From IMG/VR virus record IMGVR_UViG_3300020044_003908, positions 1 through 25,022 of that record: a stretch of DNA of 25,022 nt; one strand, written 5' to 3'. The notes beneath the pieces are model-generated. The model made no database searches, was not told the origin of the DNA, and worked only from the letters and a program-made list of their open reading frames with translations. Source of the stretch: a virus. Lineage: Duplodnaviria; Caudoviricetes. Shown in pieces: positions 7,158-13,377 of the stretch. Made by a program: the position numbers and the translations under genes. Positions within the stretch are counted from its first letter, which is position 1; each line of letters begins with the position of its first letter.

Positions 7158-7163
7158 TATGAT
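7155..7163 (+). promoter_or_regulatory. Candidate extended -10 promoter
   Basis: TG-A-TATGAT immediately before the structured leader that begins near 7171. Confidence 0.45.
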
Positions 7164-7194
7164 CACGCCCGTTGTCGTAGCACGCAACAGCTTG

Positions 7195-7276
7195 AAGCCG
7201 TTTACACATGCGTTCTGGCCTCTGGGGATACTCAGGGGGTGCTACCCGAATGCAGTTGTAAACGGCTTTTTTGTTT
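7195..7276 (+). terminator. Long terminator/attenuator-like hairpin
   Basis: Perfect 12-bp stem AAGCCGTTTACA (7195-7206) / TGTAAACGGCTT (7257-7268), further internal stems, then a T-rich run. Confidence 0.65.
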
Positions 7277-7556
7277 GTGCAATCGTCAGCCCTCAGGGCG
7301 GGATAGCAAATGGTCTGCATGGACTGAACCCAAGAAACACCGCACACGGTACACCCCCGTGCAAAATGCGACCAGCGTTGGTTTGGCGACTGGTAAATCA
7401 CAAGTGCATGGTGGTAACAAGGCTTGTGGATAAAGTGAACAAACTCGTCATACGCACTTGGGGCTTGTTGATTAATCATCTAGTCTGGAGCGGGTCGGAT
7501 ACCTCTGTATCCACCCTTGGGAGAACTATTGTCAAGAGCAAAGTAAAGGAGAGAGC

Positions 7557-7823
7557 ATGAACAAAGCAAAGTTAATCAGAGAACTGAGAATAAAAAACCC
7601 CGATTGGACAACCAATGACATTGCTGATGCGATTGGAGTTGCAAGAGGATATGTCTCTCACATCTTGTGGAGATCAAAAGAGCCAAGCAAAACAAAAGAC
7701 GATTACATCAATCAGTTTCAAGAGCAGTTATCTATAAACGAGTCCCTAAAAAAAGAAATAGAAAACCTTGAGAATGAAATCCGAACGCTGAAGATTGTCA
7801 ATAAATTTTTAAGAGAAAACTAA
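7557..7823 (+). CDS. HTH protein with C-terminal coiled coil
   Basis: AAGGAG SD; NPDWTTNDIADAIGVARGYVSHIL HTH; heptad-like tail. Confidence 0.8.
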   Translation: MNKAKLIRELRIKNPDWTTNDIADAIGVARGYVSHILWRSKEPSKTKDDYINQFQEQLSINESLKKEIENLENEIRTLKIVNKFLREN

Positions 7824-7833
7824 GGAGAAAGAG

Positions 7834-8187
7834 ATGTTTGAGAGTGGATTTGATAAGTTCTGGAATGCCTGGCCATCATCACCTCGTAAGGGTGCAAAAG
7901 CCTTGTGCAGAGAGAAGTGGGTAAACAAGCTTTGTGAAAGCAATGCTGACCAAATCATCAAGCATGTGGAGTGGATGAAGACCACTGATGCATGGGTAAA
8001 ACAAAACGGGGCCTTCATACCCGCACCTCTTGTTTACCTCAACCAACAACGCTGGGATGGTGCTGAGATACCTGAAGTCAAAGAAGTGGTGAATGTGTTG
8101 AAGGTGATGGAGGAGGAAAGCAAAAGGGCCATTCCAATGCCAGCAGACATCAAAGCAAAGCTTGACGCAATCAGGGGGCGCACATGA
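7834..8187 (+). CDS. Phage replication initiator-like protein (C-terminal-domain type)
   Basis: FDKFW.AWP...RK..K...KW and FIP.P..YLNQ.RWD motifs of phage replisome-organiser C-domains; position after cro. Confidence 0.7.
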   Translation: MFESGFDKFWNAWPSSPRKGAKALCREKWVNKLCESNADQIIKHVEWMKTTDAWVKQNGAFIPAPLVYLNQQRWDGAEIPEVKEVVNVLKVMEEESKRAIPMPADIKAKLDAIRGRT

Positions 8188-8435
8188 CACAAGATGAAAT
8201 TATTGATATGACTAGACAGGCTGGAATGGTCGTTGTGAATGACGAATTTAGTTTGTTGCCTTTTCTTGAAGCCTTTGCCAAACTGGTAGCCGCCAAAGAA
8301 CGTGAAGTTCATGAACACGACATGGGGGTATTGATGGATGCTTTATGGAAAGCTTGTGGTGATGATGAGGAAGTTGTTAACGCAACGATTGAATCTCAGG
8401 GAACTTTGATTAAAGCCAGAGGAGAACAACCATGA
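8184..8435 (+). CDS. MTQDEII-family small protein, copy 1
   Basis: Shares N-terminus, FAKLVAAKERE and IKARGE with copies 2 and 3. Confidence 0.8.
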   Translation: MTQDEIIDMTRQAGMVVVNDEFSLLPFLEAFAKLVAAKEREVHEHDMGVLMDALWKACGDDEEVVNATIESQGTLIKARGEQP

Positions 8436-8710
8436 CACAAGATGAAATCATTGCAATGGCTAGACAAGTTGGTTACCCAATTCAACATTCTGAGTGGCAA
8501 AAAGCCACTGAAGAATTTGCCGCATTGGTAGAAGAAAAAGCAACAGAAAAAGCCAACGCAAGAGCCAATGCTTCTTGGACATTGATGTGTGAAAAGATGG
8601 TTGCGTTTGAACGTGAGGACATCATTCAAATCATCAAAGAAACACCATTCAGTAATTGGTTTCAAGCTGATGTGATTGAAGCCATCAAAGCACGTGGAGA
8701 ACAAGCATGA
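8432..8710 (+). CDS. MTQDEII-family small protein, copy 2
   Basis: Same conserved blocks with different inserts; ATGA-coupled. Confidence 0.8.
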   Translation: MTQDEIIAMARQVGYPIQHSEWQKATEEFAALVEEKATEKANARANASWTLMCEKMVAFEREDIIQIIKETPFSNWFQADVIEAIKARGEQA

Positions 8711-8952
8711 CACAAGATGAAATCATTGCAATGGCTAGACAGGCCGCCGCAGTTTATGGACACACATTCAAAGAAATTCCATCACCAGAAACCGTTGAAT
8801 TTATAACTGCGTTTTACAAACTGGTAGCCGCCAAAGAACGTGAAGCCTGTGCAAAGGTGTGTGAAGAATTACCGCCTGTTGGCGAATCTAAACAATGGGA
8901 ACGAGCAACCTTAAAAGACTGCGCCGCCGCCATCAGAGCCAGAGGAGAATAA
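8707..8952 (+). CDS. MTQDEII-family small protein, copy 3
   Basis: LVAAKEREACAKVC...CAAAIRARGE; ATGA-coupled. Confidence 0.8.
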   Translation: MTQDEIIAMARQAAAVYGHTFKEIPSPETVEFITAFYKLVAAKEREACAKVCEELPPVGESKQWERATLKDCAAAIRARGE

Positions 8953-8954
8953 TC

Positions 8955-9187
8955 ATGATATTCGCAGACACATACTATTCCGAGAATCTTGAAGACGAAG
9001 TCGAAATTTGGTACGACATCACCGACTATGATCCCAGCGTGGGGTTGGATTACGAGTTTGAATTCGAAGCTTTGGATTCAGAAGGTAAAGACCGCCATGT
9101 GACCTCACGGGCGATGAAGAACATGCCATCTCAAAAATCATCAGGAAACACATCCGAGAAAGCGTCAGCGAATACGACGACTTTTGA
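8955..9187 (+). pseudogene. Acidic small protein with apparent frameshift near 9099
   Basis: MIFADTYY...GKDRH continues naturally in the -1 frame as DLTGDEEHAISKIIRKHIRESVSEYDDF*. As given, it reads through into the next ORF. Confidence 0.5.
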
Positions 9188-9344
9188 GGTTGTCAGGACG
9201 TTCTATGGCCGTCAGAAGGGCCGTGGAGAGGTAAGGGTGGCCGAAGGTACTGCCTACAGGTGCAAAGCCTGTCAAACAGTCCTTCTGACCACTCTACAGC
9301 GTGATCACCACCGCTGTCAGGCAAAGACCTCAAGCGCCCTCTGA
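9123..9344 (+). CDS. Small Zn-finger-like protein
   Basis: YRCKAC...HHRC motif; start uncertain; in frame with ATG 8955. Confidence 0.55.
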   Translation: MPSQKSSGNTSEKASANTTTFEVVRTFYGRQKGRGEVRVAEGTAYRCKACQTVLLTTLQRDHHRCQAKTSSAL

Positions 9345-9919
9345 GTACGGGCTACACGGTCATCCAGACCATGTGTGCCACCGTTGATCTTCTTGGTGAC
9401 GGCCACAATGTCTTCAGCAATGTTGTTCAGCTTGTTCTTGTGCCAGAACCAGCCAGCAGACAGGGCAGCATACATGGGGGTGCTGACCAGATCAGGGTCC
9501 GACTCCAGATCGACCCCAAGATCAGCGCCGCAAGCACGGTAGTTGTCTCGGCCAGTCAATTGAATAAGCCCCCTCCCACGAAAATTAAACCCGTCACCAG
9601 ACTCTTCGTCCCCGTTGCCCATGCGGCTGGAGTAAACCTTGTTGGCAATGGCTTCTGGGTTGCGGTGGTAGGGCTGGGCAGCTTCCAAGGTGGGAAAACG
9701 CTTTGGCCACACCTTGCACAAGCTCTCAGCCTTGTAATTCAAGTTTTCAACTAGAGCGGTGAAGCCAGCACTCTCATGGCCACACTGGCCAAGGAAAGAT
9801 GCCTGTTGTTCTGGGGTGTCGATGCCAAATGTCTCAAACGTAGTGTTAATCGCTTCGATCCATTCTTCAGCCTTGGCGGGTGGCATGTTCAGGGCGTGGG
9901 CCAGTTGTTCGGAGTTCAT
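9317..9919 (-). CDS. Endolysin, glycoside hydrolase family 19
   Basis: A.FLGQ.GHES.GF..L.ENLNY, FRGRGLIQLTGR.NY and TKKINGG..GL.DR motifs. Confidence 0.95.
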   Translation of the reverse strand: MNSEQLAHALNMPPAKAEEWIEAINTTFETFGIDTPEQQASFLGQCGHESAGFTALVENLNYKAESLCKVWPKRFPTLEAAQPYHRNPEAIANKVYSSRMGNGDEESGDGFNFRGRGLIQLTGRDNYRACGADLGVDLESDPDLVSTPMYAALSAGWFWHKNKLNNIAEDIVAVTKKINGGTHGLDDRVARTQRALEVFA

Positions 9920-10398
9920 TGCTTTCCTTTCAGGGTTTGGTAGACGGTGTTGTATGCATCAATACAGGCGTTCAGTTGCCTTGTGTTGGCATCTCCTTGG
10001 TCGGTGATGGCGACAAGAGATCGAGCAGTCGCTGGGTCAAGTTCGGCTCCTGTTTGAACGCTATCTCTGGCGGCAGGGGCGGGATCTGCGGTGGCTGATA
10101 CGGGGCAGACGGGGGCTTTGACAGGAAGCCGCAGCTTGAGAGCGCCAGTGTCGATAGCAAGATTACGCTTTTGTAATAAAACTTTGGCTTCATTGTTGGC
10201 CTTTACGAGTTGGGTTGCTTGGGTGGTGACGGCAGTGACAAGGGCTTGTTCTTTCTGACGGGCCTCGGTGTTCAGCTTGGCAATAACCAGTTGTTGCTCG
10301 TTTTGCTCGTTCTTGACACCCTTGTAGTAGCCAGTCCCAAAAGCAGCGGCCATTGCCAGCAAAAAGCCCAGCCAGACAGCAGGGTTGAACAGGCTCAT
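9916..10398 (-). CDS. Rz-like inner-membrane spanin
   Basis: N-terminal TM helix, coiled coil, G..KLR.P and GD....QLNAC tail; adjacent to the endolysin. Confidence 0.85.
   Translation of the reverse strand: MSLFNPAVWLGFLLAMAAAFGTGYYKGVKNEQNEQQLVIAKLNTEARQKEQALVTAVTTQATQLVKANNEAKVLLQKRNLAIDTGALKLRLPVKAPVCPVSATADPAPAARDSVQTGAELDPATARSLVAITDQGDANTRQLNACIDAYNTVYQTLKGKQ
9972..10193 (-). CDS. Rz1-like outer-membrane spanin lipoprotein embedded in Rz
   Basis: Signal peptide with lipobox LSSC, Pro-rich mature part, entirely inside Rz in another frame. Confidence 0.8.
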   Translation of the reverse strand: MKPKFYYKSVILLSTLALSSCGFLSKPPSAPYQPPQIPPLPPEIAFKQEPNLTQRLLDLLSPSPTKEMPTQGN

Positions 10399-10823
10399 TC
10401 TTTTGCCCCTTTGAAGGACGGCTCGTCATCGTCATTGGCCAAAGGTCGGACCATAGGCTTGGGAGGCGCTGAAGGGGGGCTAGGCTGCTTGTTTACCCAG
10501 TTTGGGGCTGGTGGTCTACCTGTCCATGTTGGGGGCGGTGGATCGTTGTCTGTAGCCTCTGCGGATGCCACAGCCTTGGCCACAGCTTTCACGCCTGATC
10601 GGCCAGCCACGCCACCCAAGACACCAGACACAAACACCATGATGGTGGAGATCTGCTGGGTATATACCTTGTCGATGGGGGCCAAGCCCGACATAGGCTG
10701 GGTGACGAACGAGACTGAGTACAGGAACATGGCCATCGATCCAAGAAGGATCACGACCAAGGAAACAATGACAAAAGCCCACACACGGGCCTCGATCTCT
10801 TCAGCAGTCATTCGGTTGTCCAT
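10395..10823 (-). CDS. Putative holin (two TM helices, Pro-rich tail)
   Basis: Two hydrophobic segments; located in the lysis cassette. Confidence 0.6.
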   Translation of the reverse strand: MDNRMTAEEIEARVWAFVIVSLVVILLGSMAMFLYSVSFVTQPMSGLAPIDKVYTQQISTIMVFVSGVLGGVAGRSGVKAVAKAVASAEATDNDPPPPTWTGRPPAPNWVNKQPSPPSAPPKPMVRPLANDDDEPSFKGAKE

Positions 10824-11002
10824 TATTTTTTCTCCAGTTCTGGTTTGATGAGCATTTCAGGGCATGTGCCAGTGGCTGTGCAAATGGGTGGCTTGCACTC
10901 AGGGGTTTCCCAATTTTTCGGGTCTTGGCAGGGGTATCGAAAACGGTCTTCGCACCCTGTCAAACACAGGATTATCAGCAAAGGTATCAGGCTTTTTGTC
11001 AT
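10823..11002 (-). CDS. Cys-rich lipoprotein
   Basis: ATG 11002; lipobox LTGC followed by EDRFRYPCQDP.NW...C.PP.C...G.C. Confidence 0.8.
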   Translation of the reverse strand: MTKSLIPLLIILCLTGCEDRFRYPCQDPKNWETPECKPPICTATGTCPEMLIKPELEKK

Positions 11003-11159
11003 GCTCTTTCCTTTCGATCTGGCGTTCAAGACGCTCTATTTTCTTCAACATTTTCTCGGCATCTTTTTGGGTTTGCAAGATGTCCAGATACAACATGCCG
11101 CCCAGCGGAAGTAGCAGGGCCACCAACACCACGGCACATATCCACCCAAGCGCTCCCAT
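10899..11159 (-). CDS. Membrane-anchored coiled-coil protein
   Basis: Probable start ATG 11159 (TGATG-coupled, GAGGAAGGA upstream); TM helix followed by KDAEKMLKKIERLERQIER. Confidence 0.65.
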   Translation of the reverse strand: MGALGWICAVVLVALLLPLGGMLYLDILQTQKDAEKMLKKIERLERQIERKEHDKKPDTFADNPVFDRVRRPFSIPLPRPEKLGNP

Positions 11160-11854
11160 CACATCGATTCCTTCCTCTGCAAGAACAGGAAAAGGAGCCA
11201 CAGGTATCCGATAAGGATCAGGGTTAGGACGCTTATTCCCACCTTTAACCTTGTTTGCGCCTCCCTTTGTCTGCGTAGCCATCTTCTTTGCTTTTCCCTT
11301 GATTCTTGCGCCAGCCTTGCCGCCTCTTGTTCGGCTCCAACAATCTCACGCATGTCCATGACCTTGCTGTACAAGGCCCCAAGCTCAGGCGGGGCGTTCC
11401 AAGTCATCGCCTCCCGTATTGTCACAACCAACTGATCCATCTGGTCTTGCGCTCTCACACGCTTGATGGCTGCCTCAAAATGGTTTTGGTTGGGGTCGTA
11501 GACGGTGCGGGACTTCTCTTCTTCCTCCCTTATGTGCTGGGCAAGCTGCTCTTGGATGTGGAAGAACTTGATGAGGTTGTCAACAACATCGTTGAGGACT
11601 TGGTCTTCATCGACAGCGACATATTTTTCTTTCTTTTTCGCCACAGGCTTGGGCGCTTCGGCTTTGGGTTTTCCAGCGAAGAACTGGACAAGCTTGCCAA
11701 TGAAGCCGTGGACCTCTTTGCCGATAGCCATGACCTCTTCACCAGTCTTCGCAATTTCGATGAACTGGGTTTTGGCATCACGGTAAAGCTGACATCCCTC
11801 TTGGATGTTTTTAACCAGCCCTGCGGCTAACAGGCACAGGCTGATCGGGTCAAT
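11159..11854 (-). CDS. Coiled-coil protein with C-terminal TM helix; probable ATT start
   Basis: Frame is open 41 codons upstream of ATG 11731 (IDPISLCLLAAGLVKNIQEGC...); SD AGGGG lies 6 nt before ATT 11854. Confidence 0.7.
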   Translation of the reverse strand: MDPISLCLLAAGLVKNIQEGCQLYRDAKTQFIEIAKTGEEVMAIGKEVHGFIGKLVQFFAGKPKAEAPKPVAKKKEKYVAVDEDQVLNDVVDNLIKFFHIQEQLAQHIREEEEKSRTVYDPNQNHFEAAIKRVRAQDQMDQLVVTIREAMTWNAPPELGALYSKVMDMREIVGAEQEAARLAQESREKQRRWLRRQREAQTRLKVGISVLTLILIGYLWLLFLFLQRKESM

Positions 11855-11856
11855 TT

Positions 11857-12066
11857 TTAACCCCTGTTGTAGAAGCTATGTGAGACAAAGCCAATGACTG
11901 AACTGATGCCAGACACTATGGCCATGCCCATCCATACCCCGCCCTTGCCTTTGTTGACCAAGGCAATAAGCTCTTCAATCGACTTTTCCATCTTGTCGAT
12001 CTTCTTTTCAAGGTTGTCTACCTTGGCTGTCAGTACGCCATAGGCGATAGGATCAATTTCACTCAT
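11857..12066 (-). CDS. Small coiled-coil plus TM protein (XhlA/holin-like)
   Basis: IDP..YG.L...V..LEKK heptads, NKGKG, then a hydrophobic helix; first gene of the lysis block. Confidence 0.7.
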   Translation of the reverse strand: MSEIDPIAYGVLTAKVDNLEKKIDKMEKSIEELIALVNKGKGGVWMGMAIVSGISSVIGFVSHSFYNRG

Positions 12067-12068
12067 GA

Positions 12069-13370
12069 TTACCTCGCAGTGATTTCTGGTGGCATCAAAC
12101 GACGACGAGCCAGTTCTGCGCCTTCGTTTTCATTCAGCCCACCGCTAAAAGTGCCAGCAGTAAATGCAGTGCCCAAGCCTGGAACCATGCCAAGCAGGTT
12201 GAAGATGGTTTCACGCAAAGGCGCTTGATTGCCTTGTTTTGCTTTTTGGGCGGCATTGGCCATTTCAGCGGCAGTCAATGCAAGACCAGCCACACCACCA
12301 ACTTTGGCCACTTTGCCAAGCTTGCCATAAGGCTCTGGCGGCTTGATGCCACGGCTCTTGGCTTCTTCAATTGGCATGACAGGGCCAAACATATCCTTGG
12401 GATATTTGTCTTGGTACTTCTTGTAGATCTCTTGTGCTGTCTTGTAGTCTTTGACTGGCTTGCCTTCATTGAACTCAGCAAGAATTGCTCGTCTGCGGTC
12501 AGGGCCAGCAGTGTTGTACAGCCAGTTGTCTCCAGGGCCAAGGTCGGCACGGAAGGTGGTTGGCTCCAATGTGGCGGCGGCTGGTCGGCCAGTTTTCTTG
12601 GCTGGCTTTTCAGTCGATGCAATTGAAGGCGGCACTGCTGCTTCAGTGGCGGCAATCACTGGCACTTCAATTACAGGTGCGGCTGGCGCAGGTGCGGCAG
12701 GGGCAACGGGTGCAGCACTGATGGTTGGCTCTGGCATAGCCATTGGAGGGGCTACACCAATAGGCGCAGCAGTGGTCATGTTGGTTGTCGATGGGATCAC
12801 GCCAGCGGGTGTGGCTGGGGCAATGTTGGCCTTGTATGCGCCGCCCAGCAAACGTGCCTCTTGCATGTCTTTGATTGGCACTTGGTAGTGTTGCTCAACT
12901 TCCGACAATGGGATGCCGTATTCAGCTTGGAACTGTTCAGCAAGGCTGGCAGCTTTGGTCAGTGGGGTTGGCTTTTCAGGAGCAAAGGTTGGCTCTTTAG
13001 GACCTTGCTGGTTGACATCCATCTTTGGCTCAATGCGAGCTGTGTCACCAATCATGCGGTCTTTGATCCCAGGTTTTTTGGTAAGCAGGTAAGTGGCAGC
13101 ACCGCCAGCCGCAACACCGCCAGCACCAATTGCAGCCTTCTCACCAAACGTCATGCCTTCTTGCTTCTCACGCTCTGTTTTCATCTCTTGCAAACCAGCT
13201 TGCACATCGGCTGGGGATGGCTCGGAGATGGCGGCAGACTCAGGCTTCTCTACTTTGGTAGGTGCGCCACGCTCGTATTCGTCAGCAAACTTTTTGGCTT
13301 CCTCGTAAGAGAACTCGCCAGATGACACCAGATCATCTATGTACTTTGCTCGGCTGTATTTGTCTGCCAT
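12069..13370 (-). CDS. Putative internal virion/ejection protein
   Basis: 433 aa, Ala/Pro/Gly-rich with glycine-zipper-like segments; position between tail and lysis genes. Confidence 0.6.
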   Translation of the reverse strand: MADKYSRAKYIDDLVSSGEFSYEEAKKFADEYERGAPTKVEKPESAAISEPSPADVQAGLQEMKTEREKQEGMTFGEKAAIGAGGVAAGGAATYLLTKKPGIKDRMIGDTARIEPKMDVNQQGPKEPTFAPEKPTPLTKAASLAEQFQAEYGIPLSEVEQHYQVPIKDMQEARLLGGAYKANIAPATPAGVIPSTTNMTTAAPIGVAPPMAMPEPTISAAPVAPAAPAPAAPVIEVPVIAATEAAVPPSIASTEKPAKKTGRPAAATLEPTTFRADLGPGDNWLYNTAGPDRRRAILAEFNEGKPVKDYKTAQEIYKKYQDKYPKDMFGPVMPIEEAKSRGIKPPEPYGKLGKVAKVGGVAGLALTAAEMANAAQKAKQGNQAPLRETIFNLLGMVPGLGTAFTAGTFSGGLNENEGAELARRRLMPPEITAR

Positions 13371-13377
13371 TTATGCC

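Larger units (their letters stand above)
8184..8958 (+). repeat. Dispersed direct repeats defining a three-unit gene array
   Basis: 36-nt identity 8431-8466 vs 8706-8741; 29-nt identity 8279-8307 vs 8817-8845; shared GGAGAA(C/T)AA..ATGA junctions. Confidence 0.9.

Noticed and set aside
7132-7560. 142-aa ORF as a protein gene
   Set aside because: No clear SD, atypical composition, and it crosses a terminator-like hairpin. Not called, though not excluded.
8184-8952. Diversity-generating retroelement TR/VR pair
   Set aside because: Differences between repeats are not adenine-specific, and no reverse transcriptase is in the window.
8184-8958. CRISPR array
   Set aside because: The repeats are coding, spaced about 250-275 nt apart, and no cas genes are present.
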